The position numbers and the translations under genes were made by a program. DNA of 64,000 nucleotides, taken from assembly GCA_963668675.2 (NCBI GenBank), contig CAXXMB010000001.1, positions 1,184,001-1,248,000 on the forward strand. The letters run 5' to 3'. Source of the DNA: an uncultured Desulfatitalea sp. Its GTDB lineage: Bacteria > Desulfobacterota > Desulfobacteria > Desulfobacterales > Desulfosarcinaceae. This document shows positions 1 to 9,359 of the stretch, in pieces; the stretch's first letter is position 1; each line of letters starts with the position of its first letter. Under the pieces are notes generated by a model. That model saw only the letters and a list, made by a program, of their open reading frames with translations, had not been told where the DNA came from and ran no database searches.

Positions 1-130
1 GATTGACGGAAAAATTTGGTACCGGTTGCGAATCGGCTATTTTGCGAATCAGGACGCCGCCAAGCAGGTAATCGAAAAACTGAAGGCAGACCAATACACA
101 CCCATTCTGGTGAAGCTATAGCGACAACCC

Positions 131-1870
131 ATGGAACTGAACCACATCCTCAAGCACCGTTTCGGACTATCGGACGACTCCCTCTCCGACGCCCGCCATC
201 TTCAGCAAGACAAGGGTGGGCGATTGGGAGATATCCTGGTTCAGCGTGAAGCCATTACCGAAACCCAGCTTCTGGAGGCGCTGAGTATCCAATACGAAAT
301 ACCTTTCTGGCCGGAGTTGCCCATGGAAAACATCATGGGCGGCGACTTTTCCAAAAAGATATCGATTCAATTCCTTAAGCGGCACCATATGGTCCCTCTG
401 GTGGTTCCCAATCCCGCAAAGGCAGCCCAGATGGACGTACAGCAGGAGCCCGGCCGTCAATCCCGGGATATCGTTTTCATCATAGCTGTCAACGATCCCG
501 GCAACTTCAATGCCGTAGACGACTTGGCGCGGATCGCCGATTTGGAGACATACAGACTGGTCCTCTCGACCAAACAGGCCATCCTGGCGGCCATCAACCT
601 CTCCTTCGACCTGAATCAGGATTCGGCCCAGCAGTTGGTTCAGAACATGGAGGACGAGAGTGATATCATCAGCCAGATCGAGGACACCGCCGATCTTCTC
701 GAGGACACCAGCGATGCCCCTATCATCAAGCTGGTCAACCACATCCTCTCACAATCCATCAAGGCCCGTGCCAGCGATATTCATATCGAACCTTACCAGG
801 ACAGTTTCAAAGTCCGGTATCGGGTGGATGGCATCCTCTACGACCTGTTGTCCCCTCCCAAGTGGATTCAGCCGGCCCTCACCTCGCGTATCAAGGTCAT
901 GTCCAAGCTCAACATCGCTGAAAAGCGACTGCCTCAGGATGGACGTTTCGAGGTACGCATCGGCTCCCAGATGATCGATGTGCGTGTCTCTACACTCCCC
1001 ATCCAGTACGGCGAACGCGTGGTGATGCGGCTGCTGAACAAATCGAGTTCGATTTTTGAATTGAATGAAATCGGTCTCTCCCAGGCCCAGTTGAAGCTGA
1101 TCAAGGAGCTGGTCAGCTCACCCAACGGCATAGTCCTGGTGACCGGCCCCACCGGCAGCGGAAAAACCACGACGCTCTATTCTGTGCTCTCATCGATCAA
1201 TACGCCGGATATCAATATCATCACCATTGAAGACCCGGTTGAGTATCAACTCAAGGGCATCAGCCAGATTCAGGTCAATCCCAAGATAGAACTGACCTTT
1301 GCCAGGGGCCTGCGTTCCATCATGCGCCAGGATCCGGATGTGATCCTCATCGGTGAGATCCGTGATCGCGAGACTTCCGAAATCGCTGTGCAATCAGCAC
1401 TGACCGGCCATCTGGTCTTCTCGACTCTGCACACCAACGACTCGGCGAGTGCGATAACTCGCCTGGTCGATATCGGCGTTGAACCCTTTCTGATCTCCTC
1501 CTCCCTGCTGGCCGTGATTGCCCAACGCCTGGTGCGCGTTCTGTGCGAACACTGCAAAGAGCCCTATAAACCAGACATGACCCTGCAGGCCCTTGGGGTT
1601 CGCCCCGATCGGCTCGGAAAGTATACCTTTTACCGCGCCAAAGGTTGCGACAAGTGCTTCCACACCGGCTACCGCGGCCGCATCGGCATCTATGAAATCA
1701 TGATCATGGGACACAAGCTCAAGACGCTGATCCAGCGTACCTACGACTCGTACCAGATCAAACAGGAAGCGCTGAAGCTGGGGATGGTCACTTTGCGGCG
1801 CGACGGCATTGAAAAGGTGCTGAAAGGCATCACCACCATTGAAGAGGTGATTCGCGTCACACAGAAGTAA
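131..1870 (+). CDS. gspE: Type II secretion / type IV pilus assembly ATPase (GspE/PilB family) with N-terminal MshEN-like region
   Basis: ASDIHIEP, LPQDGR, Walker A GPTGSGKTTT, TIEDPVE, RQDPDVILIGEIRD, STLHTND, tetracysteine CEHC...CDKC; N-terminal RLGDILVQREAITETQLLEALSIQ. Confidence 0.9.
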   Translation: MELNHILKHRFGLSDDSLSDARHLQQDKGGRLGDILVQREAITETQLLEALSIQYEIPFWPELPMENIMGGDFSKKISIQFLKRHHMVPLVVPNPAKAAQMDVQQEPGRQSRDIVFIIAVNDPGNFNAVDDLARIADLETYRLVLSTKQAILAAINLSFDLNQDSAQQLVQNMEDESDIISQIEDTADLLEDTSDAPIIKLVNHILSQSIKARASDIHIEPYQDSFKVRYRVDGILYDLLSPPKWIQPALTSRIKVMSKLNIAEKRLPQDGRFEVRIGSQMIDVRVSTLPIQYGERVVMRLLNKSSSIFELNEIGLSQAQLKLIKELVSSPNGIVLVTGPTGSGKTTTLYSVLSSINTPDINIITIEDPVEYQLKGISQIQVNPKIELTFARGLRSIMRQDPDVILIGEIRDRETSEIAVQSALTGHLVFSTLHTNDSASAITRLVDIGVEPFLISSSLLAVIAQRLVRVLCEHCKEPYKPDMTLQALGVRPDRLGKYTFYRAKGCDKCFHTGYRGRIGIYEIMIMGHKLKTLIQRTYDSYQIKQEALKLGMVTLRRDGIEKVLKGITTIEEVIRVTQK

Positions 1871-1909
1871 ACTGAATCTGCAATACAAAAGAGAGATCTT
1901 AACCGTACC

Positions 1910-2311
1910 ATGATAACGCGTCCAACCGCGATTCATAAAATCCTTGCCGGAGTGCTACTGGTACTTGCTTGCGCCTATTGCATGCCCGACGGTTCCCAGG
2001 CTGATGAGACCGGAGAGAACACACACCCGGCCACTGTCTCAGATGCTCCTGAAATCACCCCAATCGGTCTCTTCCGCCGGTTTATCTCCAAAGCAGACGG
2101 GGATCGCTGCCCCATGTATCCCACCTGCTCCCATTACGCCTCCGAGGCCTTTGCGAAAAAGGGCATTTTGATCGGTTGGATTTTGACCTCTGATCGACTG
2201 TTGCGCTGCGGCCGTGACGAGACGCGATTGGCACCCAAGATTCGAATTCACGGCAGGGTGCATTCTTACGATCCCGTGAGTGCCAACACCTTCTGGTGGG
2301 ATACCCCTTAA
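1910..2311 (+). CDS. YidD-like (membrane protein insertion efficiency factor / DUF37) protein with an N-terminal hydrophobic segment
   Basis: CPMYPTCSHYASEAF...KGILIGWILTSDRLLRC matches the YidD CRFxPTCSxY...RLLRC pattern. Confidence 0.75.
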   Translation: MITRPTAIHKILAGVLLVLACAYCMPDGSQADETGENTHPATVSDAPEITPIGLFRRFISKADGDRCPMYPTCSHYASEAFAKKGILIGWILTSDRLLRCGRDETRLAPKIRIHGRVHSYDPVSANTFWWDTP

Positions 2312-2314
2312 GCG

Positions 2315-3274
2315 ATGACGGCAGTCAAATCACTCTACCTCTATCTCTATCTCCTCACAGGCGTCCTTTTCTTCTTACCGATGGGAACCTTATCGCTCTG
2401 CGCTCAAACACTCGTCATCGATGCAGAAAAGCAGTATGAATATGCGGAGCAACTCAACGCCGAAGGGCGGTTTCGACAAGCGGCAGAGGAGTATGAACGT
2501 TTCGCCTTCTTTTTCCCTCAACACCCCCGGCAGCGAATGGTCCGCTTCAAATCCGCCTCCGCGTTTTTCAAGGCAGGTGACATTGGTACCGCGCTGGAAC
2601 GATTCGACCGACTCACCCGTGGCGACGCGCTGGACCGAGTGGCCATTGAATCATTCTTCATGATGACCGAGTGCTACCTGGCAGGGAAACAGTATGGTCA
2701 AGCCATCCTGCAGATGCGCAATCTGATCGTCCTGTCCGAGCAACAACATGAAAAAGATCGTGCTTATGAACGGATCGGCTGGATCCGCATCGATCAAATG
2801 GATTGGGAGGGTGCCAGACGAGCATTTGGCCGGATGACGCCATCGGCGCAAGACGAACATCAGATCGACCGCCTCGACGCGGCCCTGGAGGGTGCTTCCC
2901 AATTACCCTATAAAGCACCTGCCCTTGCGGGAGCCCTCTCCATCGTTCCGGGCGCTGGCCAACTCTATTGCGGACGCTATGAGGATGCGCTGGCGGCATT
3001 TCTGGTCAATGGGGCTTTGATCTGGGCCTCATACGAATCGTTCGATCACGATCTCGATGCTCTGGGCGGCCTGCTGGCCTTTGTAGGCGTCGGTTTTTAT
3101 GCAAGCAACATCTACGGTGCCGTCTCATCCGCCCACAAGTACAATCTCAGCCAGAAGCAGAGGTATGGCGAGCAGCTTCGCCAGCACCACCTCACGAACA
3201 GGTATCCACCCGACGAGCGACTTCGAAGCGGGTCGGACCCCCGATTCATTCTATCCTTTCGCCTGCCATTCTGA
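2315..3274 (+). CDS. Exported TPR-repeat protein with C-terminal hydrophobic helices
   Basis: Signal-peptide-like N-terminus; TPR-like repeats (YEYAEQL...FRQAAEEYERF...FP); C-terminal SIVPGAGQLY followed by hydrophobic segments. Confidence 0.7.
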   Translation: MTAVKSLYLYLYLLTGVLFFLPMGTLSLCAQTLVIDAEKQYEYAEQLNAEGRFRQAAEEYERFAFFFPQHPRQRMVRFKSASAFFKAGDIGTALERFDRLTRGDALDRVAIESFFMMTECYLAGKQYGQAILQMRNLIVLSEQQHEKDRAYERIGWIRIDQMDWEGARRAFGRMTPSAQDEHQIDRLDAALEGASQLPYKAPALAGALSIVPGAGQLYCGRYEDALAAFLVNGALIWASYESFDHDLDALGGLLAFVGVGFYASNIYGAVSSAHKYNLSQKQRYGEQLRQHHLTNRYPPDERLRSGSDPRFILSFRLPF

Positions 3275-3288
3275 AAGGATGACAACCT

Positions 3289-4245
3289 GTGTTGAAGAGA
3301 CTGATCACATATTCGGTTCTTGTGGCCCTATTCACGTGTGCGGCAGGAATCGCCACCTATCTCACTGTCCATTTCCTTATTCGAAGTGAAGATGTGGTGG
3401 TTGTCCCCGACCTGAAGGGCAAAGAGGTCGTCTATGCGTTGGAAACCCTTAGCGATTTGAAACTCAACATCAAGGTGAAAGGATCCGAATATAACCCGAC
3501 GGTACCCAAACACCATGTGATTGCACAGGATCCAGAACCCGGCAGTGAAATTAAACAGGGGCGAGACGTACGCCTGACGATCTCCAAGGGTGCCCAGGCA
3601 GTCGTCATCCCTAACCTTGCAGGCATGAACGTACCCCAGGCGCGCATTTTTCTCAGCGAGAACGACCTGATTCAAGGCCGCTTGAGCCACACCTACGACC
3701 CTGCCAGACCCAACGAGGAGATCCTGGCTCAATTTCCGCCTCCCGGGACGATCGCGCTGCGAGGCAACACGATCAACCTGTTGGTGAGCAGCGGACCTGC
3801 CCCCAACACTGTACCGATGATCGACTTGAGGGGCATGACTCTGAATCAGGCCATCGAGTCCCTCGAGGCCCGCCATTTGGTTACCGGCCAAATCCGCTCC
3901 GTGAGAGATCCTTCCGCGGCCGATGATACAATCCTGCGCCACAACCCCGCCTTCGGTCACCCGGTGGCCGTTGGCAGCAGTGTTGATTTGGCCGTCAATC
4001 AGCATGCAGGCCCCGTAGTGGAAAGCAAACAAAATGGCGTCGTACTTTTCCGCCATCGGGCACCTGACGGCTTTTTAAAACAACACGTTCGGGTAAAGGT
4101 CAACCGGCCGGAACTCACCACCGAGATGTTCAACGGTTTCGTTCGTCCGGGACGCGAAATTTGGCTGCTGATCCCTTATGAAGAGCCCGTAATGGTCCTT
4201 CTCTACCTGGATGACGAGTTGGTGGGCACGACGCGCTTCGAGTGA
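3289..4245 (+). CDS. Membrane-anchored PASTA-domain protein (three PASTA repeats, no kinase domain)
   Basis: N-terminal TM helix; repeats VVPDLKGK...VIAQDPEPG, IPNLAGM...ILAQFPPPG, MIDLRGM...ILRHNPAFG. Confidence 0.85.
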   Translation: MLKRLITYSVLVALFTCAAGIATYLTVHFLIRSEDVVVVPDLKGKEVVYALETLSDLKLNIKVKGSEYNPTVPKHHVIAQDPEPGSEIKQGRDVRLTISKGAQAVVIPNLAGMNVPQARIFLSENDLIQGRLSHTYDPARPNEEILAQFPPPGTIALRGNTINLLVSSGPAPNTVPMIDLRGMTLNQAIESLEARHLVTGQIRSVRDPSAADDTILRHNPAFGHPVAVGSSVDLAVNQHAGPVVESKQNGVVLFRHRAPDGFLKQHVRVKVNRPELTTEMFNGFVRPGREIWLLIPYEEPVMVLLYLDDELVGTTRFE

Positions 4246-4292
4246 CCGGCTTGATCATAATGGGAGAAACGATACGCAAGGGAATTTGCTAT

Positions 4293-4324
4293 TTGACAAG
4301 TACCTGCAGCTCCTGCCATAAAAT
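4293..4324 (+). promoter_or_regulatory. Putative sigma70 promoter of rpe-aroQ
   Basis: TTGACA at 4293, 18-nt spacer ending in TGC, then CATAAAAT; lies in the intergenic gap. Confidence 0.45.
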
Positions 4325-4429
4325 GCGGCCAAGCAAGTAAATCAGTATGTGACACTGCCCTTCTGAAGAAACAGCGGCGGTTGTTGATTCGTTGTTACCC
4401 ACACCACAGAGCACAGGAGAACAAGGCCC

Positions 4430-5080
4430 ATGCCATTGATTGCCCCATCCATTCTTTCAGCAGATTTTTCACGGTTAGGCGAGGATATTCATGCAGTTGA
4501 AGCGGCAGGCGCAGACTGGATCCACATCGATGTCATGGACGGTCACTTCGTACCCAACATTACCATGGGGCCGCTTGTGGTTGAAGCGGTGAAACGGTCC
4601 ACCGATCTCCCGCTGGATGTTCATCTGATGATCGAAAATCCCGATCAGTATGTGCCTGAATTTGCCAAGGCGGGGGCCGACTATATCTCGGTTCAGGTGG
4701 AGACCTGTCCGCACCTGCACCGCAGCATACACCTTATCAAGGAGAACAAAGCCAAAGCCGGTGCCGTGCTCAATCCGGGCACTGGGTTGGAGGCGCTGGA
4801 GTGGGTGATGTCCGATCTCGATTTTGTTCTGGTGATGAGTGTCAATCCCGGCTTCGGGGGGCAGAAGTTTATCGCCAGCAGCCTGGAAAAGATCCGTGCC
4901 CTGCGGGAACGCATCGATGCAAATCAACTCAATACACTGATTCAGGTGGATGGCGGGGTGAATCGCGGTACCGTCAAAGCAATCATCCAGGCCGGAGCCG
5001 ATGTGCTCGTGGCCGGATCGGCCATATTCGGGAGTGACGATTACAAGGCAACCATCTCTGAATTGAAATCGACCGCTTAA
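4430..5080 (+). CDS. rpe: Ribulose-phosphate 3-epimerase
   Basis: [55 protein letters not shown]. Confidence 0.97.
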   Translation: MPLIAPSILSADFSRLGEDIHAVEAAGADWIHIDVMDGHFVPNITMGPLVVEAVKRSTDLPLDVHLMIENPDQYVPEFAKAGADYISVQVETCPHLHRSIHLIKENKAKAGAVLNPGTGLEALEWVMSDLDFVLVMSVNPGFGGQKFIASSLEKIRALRERIDANQLNTLIQVDGGVNRGTVKAIIQAGADVLVAGSAIFGSDDYKATISELKSTA

Positions 5081-5097
5081 CCGGGAGAAGAGAGACT

Positions 5098-5565
5098 ATG
5101 GGCAACCCGCCGAAAGAACACCAGGTACTGGTCATTCACGGTCCCAATTTGAATATGCTTGGACTACGAGAGCCGGGCCTCTACGGCAGAACCCGTCTGG
5201 AAGAGATCGATTCCCAACTGACGGATCTCGGAAAGCAATGGGGCATCACGGTAACATGCTTTCAGTCCAACCACGAGGGGCATATTGTCGATCGGATTCA
5301 GTTGGCGTCGAGCAGCGTGGATGGTATCATCATCAATCCGGCCGCATTCACGCATACCAGTATCGCAATTCGGGATGCGCTCCTGCTGCTGTCGGTTCCC
5401 ATCATCGAAGTACACCTGTCCAACATCCATAAACGCGAGGCGTTTCGCCACCACTCCTTCGTGTCTGATGTGGTGACCGGGCAGGTCGTCGGTTTGGGGG
5501 TAAACGGTTACTATCTGGCCCTGCGCGCTCTGGCCGACATCGTCGGCGCTACGGTTCAGGGGTAA
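5098..5565 (+). CDS. aroQ: Type II 3-dehydroquinate dehydratase
   Basis: HGPNLNMLGLREP.LYG, FQSNHEG, INPAAFTHTS, EVHLSNIHKRE.FRH. Confidence 0.96.
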   Translation: MGNPPKEHQVLVIHGPNLNMLGLREPGLYGRTRLEEIDSQLTDLGKQWGITVTCFQSNHEGHIVDRIQLASSSVDGIIINPAAFTHTSIAIRDALLLLSVPIIEVHLSNIHKREAFRHHSFVSDVVTGQVVGLGVNGYYLALRALADIVGATVQG

Positions 5566-5599
5566 CATGGTCAGCTCGCCACGAGCGGCGCAGGTCGCA

Positions 5600-5800
5600 T
5601 TAGATCTTGCGTACCTTTTCCGCTTCAGCACCCCGTTTGGTCATGGCAATCTCAAAAAGGACCTTGTCGCCACGCCTGAGGGTGCGAAACCCTTCCATCT
5701 CAATGGCGCTGTGATGTACGAAAAACTGTTCTCCTTCGTCCGTTTCTATGAAACCATAGCCCTTTTCTTCGCTAAAAGAGCGAACGATCCCGACTGCCAT
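5600..5800 (-). CDS. Cold-shock domain protein
   Basis: RNP1 KGYGFI and RNP2 FFVHHSAI; 66 aa. Confidence 0.92.
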   Translation of the reverse strand: MAVGIVRSFSEEKGYGFIETDEGEQFFVHHSAIEMEGFRTLRRGDKVLFEIAMTKRGAEAEKVRKI

Positions 5801-5845
5801 ACATGAGCCCCTTTTCTTTTAGTGATAAATCCAAGCGCGTTCTCA

Positions 5846-7480
5846 TCATGATGCTTCGGCCTGCTTCCAATAGGGATTGATAATATCTTCGAAAATTGTC
5901 ATGGCCGCTGCGGCTCCCTGCCCCGTTGCAGTGACGATCTGCTTATATCCGCCTTCTACATCACCGGCTGAGTAAATTCCAGGGATGTTTGTGCGATGAA
6001 AGGTATCATGCTGAATGTATCCATCCTCGTTCAATTCAATGCCAATCTTTTCGGCTAGAACGACGGCCGGTTGATAGCCGATGGCAATAAAAACGCCATC
6101 CACATCCATCTCAGTGGTCCTGCCCGCTTGATTGTCGAAAAGGGTGACGCGCTGGACACGCTCCTTTCCATCGATCGCCTTTATCTCCGTATTCCATAGT
6201 ACAGGAATATCGTTTTGCGGCAATTGGTTGGCAAGCACATCCTGCGCCCGCAGTTTATCCCTCCTGTGCACGAGCGTCACATCAACGCCCATGTGCTTGA
6301 GATAGAGGGCCTCCGTGACAGCCGAATTGCCCCCCCCCACCATGATCACCTTGCGCCCCTTGAAGAGGGGACCGTCACATGTGGCACAGTAACTGACACC
6401 GCGACCGGAGAAACGCTGCTCGCCGGGCACCCCCAGATGCCGATGGGTGGCTCCGGTGGCCAGCAGAATGGTCTTGGTTCTGAAGGTGCGTCGCGTGGTG
6501 GTCACCTCCAGGGTCTCTCCTTGGGTGATGTCGAGCACCTCCTCGCCTTGGAAAATCTGTACATACTGCATGGCATGGTTGACGAGGATGTCCACCAGGG
6601 TCTTTCCGCCCACTTGGGCAAACCCCGGGTAGTTTTCCACCACCGGCGTAAGCGCCACCTGCCCGCCCAATGCCTCGCGTTCGATCACCGCGGTCTTCAA
6701 TCCACTTCTCACCGTATAGATACCTGCCGTCAAACCTGCGGGACCACCGCCGACGATCAATACATCCACATCGACCACTTTTGCACTGCTCTCGGGGATA
6801 AAGATGGTTTGGGGCTCCAGTTTCAACAGCGATGAGATAAACACCTCCTCCTGTTGGGCGCCTTGCCCGATCAGGATGTCATTGGCGTAAGCCTGGGGCA
6901 CACTTTGGGCATCATACTTTTCGGCCAGATCGGGGCGACACTGAATGTCGATAATCTCCAGGGATACCAAGTCCGGCCGCTCGATGGCCGCTTTCAAGCC
7001 ATTCACCGTCTGTTGTGGACAATAGGGGCAGGTCGGGCTGACAAAAACCTTTACCGCTCTCTGGCTGTCCAGGCGTTCAATCACCGCCAGTGACTGATCA
7101 CTCAAATCACTCTTGCCCATCCCCACAAGCAGTATGGTTTCCAGGAAAGAGCGCCCCTCTTCTCCGATGGGGGCCCCGATCCACTTGATGTTGTAATGTT
7201 CCGGATCGACTACCAGTGTGGGGGAACTCTCCACATTCCACTTCCGGGCCATTTCGTGGTCAAGGTAGTACTCCTTGAGCGTTATTTTGTCGGTGAGCTC
7301 ACGAAACGCGCGGACCACCTGACGGCAGGCGTCCACATAGACATCCTCGCCACCTCTCTCCACAAACAGGTAGAGGGGAATCTCGTTGGGAAGTGCTGCA
7401 AACGTTTGCTGCAATTGACGAATATAGGCCTGTTGCTTATTTCCAGCCATCTCGTTGGTTTGATCGATGCCCGATGCCAT
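5846..7480 (-). CDS. Thioredoxin reductase with N-terminal thioredoxin-fold domains (AhpF-like architecture)
   Basis: N-terminal SPTCPYCP; FAD-binding VGGGPAGLTA; redox CATCDG; NAD(P)H-binding GGGNSA; start moved to ATG at 7480, which follows AAGGAG. Confidence 0.88.
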   Translation of the reverse strand: MASGIDQTNEMAGNKQQAYIRQLQQTFAALPNEIPLYLFVERGGEDVYVDACRQVVRAFRELTDKITLKEYYLDHEMARKWNVESSPTLVVDPEHYNIKWIGAPIGEEGRSFLETILLVGMGKSDLSDQSLAVIERLDSQRAVKVFVSPTCPYCPQQTVNGLKAAIERPDLVSLEIIDIQCRPDLAEKYDAQSVPQAYANDILIGQGAQQEEVFISSLLKLEPQTIFIPESSAKVVDVDVLIVGGGPAGLTAGIYTVRSGLKTAVIEREALGGQVALTPVVENYPGFAQVGGKTLVDILVNHAMQYVQIFQGEEVLDITQGETLEVTTTRRTFRTKTILLATGATHRHLGVPGEQRFSGRGVSYCATCDGPLFKGRKVIMVGGGNSAVTEALYLKHMGVDVTLVHRRDKLRAQDVLANQLPQNDIPVLWNTEIKAIDGKERVQRVTLFDNQAGRTTEMDVDGVFIAIGYQPAVVLAEKIGIELNEDGYIQHDTFHRTNIPGIYSAGDVEGGYKQIVTATGQGAAAAMTIFEDIINPYWKQAEAS

Positions 7481-7803
7481 TATCGAACTCCTTCCTTTTT
7501 TCAATACCTTATCATTTACAAACGGCAATAAGATGGGATTCAGCAACGCCTTTGTCAACACCATGCCCAAAGGCGGACTTCAAAAGATCGCTCGCCGTGG
7601 CACCCGACCCAATCCGTTATCGTATCGGCAATCTTTCTTTCCAATGAAACTTGAAATTCTTCGCTCCGATTGCTATTTGGCTAAAGGTAACGAAATAGAC
7701 GACGATCCGTCAAGTTGGAAAATGCGATTCTCAGAGGGTAGGTCAAATCCACTTTTCGACGGTCATACAACGCCCTTCGCCATCAATTCGCCATCAGAAA
7801 AAG

Positions 7804-8847
7804 GTGATGCCAAAGATGCAAAATGGAAAGACGCCACCACACCGCACCCGAGTTGTCACCATCGGTGGCGGAAGTGGACAATTTGCCTTGCTGACAGGTT
7901 TAAGAGACTTAGCGGAGATCGACATCACAGCCGTGGTCTCGATGATGGACAGCGGCGGAAGCACCGGTCGCCTGCGCGACGAACTGGGCACGCTTCCGCC
8001 CGGTGACATCCTGAAATGCATTGTGGCCCTCTCTCCTCACCAATCGGTATCCAGGTCGATCCTCCAAAAAAGATTCCAAAAAGACCGCCGCCTCAAGGGC
8101 CACAACGCCGGCAATATGCTGCTGACCATGCTTTCACGGTATACCGGCAGTTTTCCAACCGGTGTGGCGGCACTCTCGGAGATACTTGACACCCGAGGCA
8201 AGATACTGCCGGTCACCACGGACCGGGCCACTCTTGTGGCCGAGTTGACCGATGGTCAACGCATCTATGGCGAACAGGCGATCGACGTGCCGCGTGGTGA
8301 CCAGCGTGAAAAGATACGTGATGTCTTTCTCGTCCCCCACCACTCTGACGCGATTCACGTCTACCCTCCCGTCGTGGCTGCAATTGATTCGGCAGACTAT
8401 GTGATCATTGGACCTGGGGACCTCTTCACCAGCATCATCCCTAATCTGATCGTGCCGGGCGTAGCCGAGGCGCTGTGCAAATCATCGGCAAAAATATTTT
8501 ATGTAGTTAATATTATGACAAAATATGGCGAAACACACAACTTTAACGCCAAGGATTTTGTCGTTCAGCTTGAAAAATATATCGGGAAGTGCGTGGACAG
8601 CATTGTTTACAACAGCGCCTCGCCTGACGATGCCACCAGCAGATCCTATCAAGCGCAACAATCGGCATGCGTAACCCTCGATCAGGATGATCCCTTCTGG
8701 CATTCGCGGTCTCTCTACGCAACGGATCTGCTCGAGAGTGACGGGGGGGTCGTCCGGCACGATTCAGAGAAACTGGCAAACTTGCTGAAAACGATGTTTA
8801 ACCCAAGACGAAACGAACGACACTGCAGAAAAGAGAAGTCTTTATGA
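7804..8847 (+). CDS. yvcK: YvcK/GlmR (UPF0052, CofD-like) UDP-GlcNAc-binding protein
   Basis: VTIGGGSG, DSGGSTGRLR, PPGD, GHNAGN, GPGDLFTSIIPNL, RHD. Confidence 0.88.
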   Translation: MMPKMQNGKTPPHRTRVVTIGGGSGQFALLTGLRDLAEIDITAVVSMMDSGGSTGRLRDELGTLPPGDILKCIVALSPHQSVSRSILQKRFQKDRRLKGHNAGNMLLTMLSRYTGSFPTGVAALSEILDTRGKILPVTTDRATLVAELTDGQRIYGEQAIDVPRGDQREKIRDVFLVPHHSDAIHVYPPVVAAIDSADYVIIGPGDLFTSIIPNLIVPGVAEALCKSSAKIFYVVNIMTKYGETHNFNAKDFVVQLEKYIGKCVDSIVYNSASPDDATSRSYQAQQSACVTLDQDDPFWHSRSLYATDLLESDGGVVRHDSEKLANLLKTMFNPRRNERHCRKEKSL

Positions 8848-9359
8848 AACGACCACTCGTCGTTGGGGTGATGGGAGGCGGTCAGGTCGACGAGGCAGTC
8901 AGGACCATGGCTTACCGTCTGGGTGCCTTGATTGCTGAAAGTGGCTGGGTGCTGCTCAATGGGGGACGCAGTGCCGGCGTCATGGACGCCTCTGCCCAAG
9001 GTGCAGCGGACAACGGTGGGTTGACCGTTGGTATACTTCCTGATGAGACCACCGTTCAGGCGAGCAAACACATCCGCATTCCCATCTGTACCGGCATGGG
9101 CAGCGCCCGCAACAGCATCAATGTGCTGAGCAGCGATGTGGTGGTCGCCTGCCCCGGTTCAGCAGGCACCGTTTCAGAAATCGCGCTGGCGTTGAAACAC
9201 GGCAAGGTGGTGATCACCATCGGCTATAACGCAAGTGGCCTCTTTGATTGGAGGAAATATGAGCATCAACTCGTCGAAGCAGCCACCGAGAGCGAAGCAG
9301 TCGACATCATCCGGCGTCTCTACCCTGGCAATGACGATACACCGATTCAGCCCTCTTGA
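8844..9359 (+). CDS. LOG/SLOG-family protein (TIGR00725-like)
   Basis: GG...GVMDA..QGA...GGLTVGILP, TGMGSARNSIN, GSAGTVSEIALA; ATGA overlap with yvcK. Confidence 0.85.
   Translation: MKRPLVVGVMGGGQVDEAVRTMAYRLGALIAESGWVLLNGGRSAGVMDASAQGAADNGGLTVGILPDETTVQASKHIRIPICTGMGSARNSINVLSSDVVVACPGSAGTVSEIALALKHGKVVITIGYNASGLFDWRKYEHQLVEAATESEAVDIIRRLYPGNDDTPIQPS

Noticed and set aside
2333..2353. (CTCTAY)3 microrepeat encoding LYLYLYL
   Set aside because: Only three hexamer units; unit changes keep the frame; unremarkable in a signal peptide.
7467..8006. 179-aa ORF spanning the reductase-yvcK intergenic region
   Set aside because: It overlaps both neighbours and promoter-like DNA and has no motifs.
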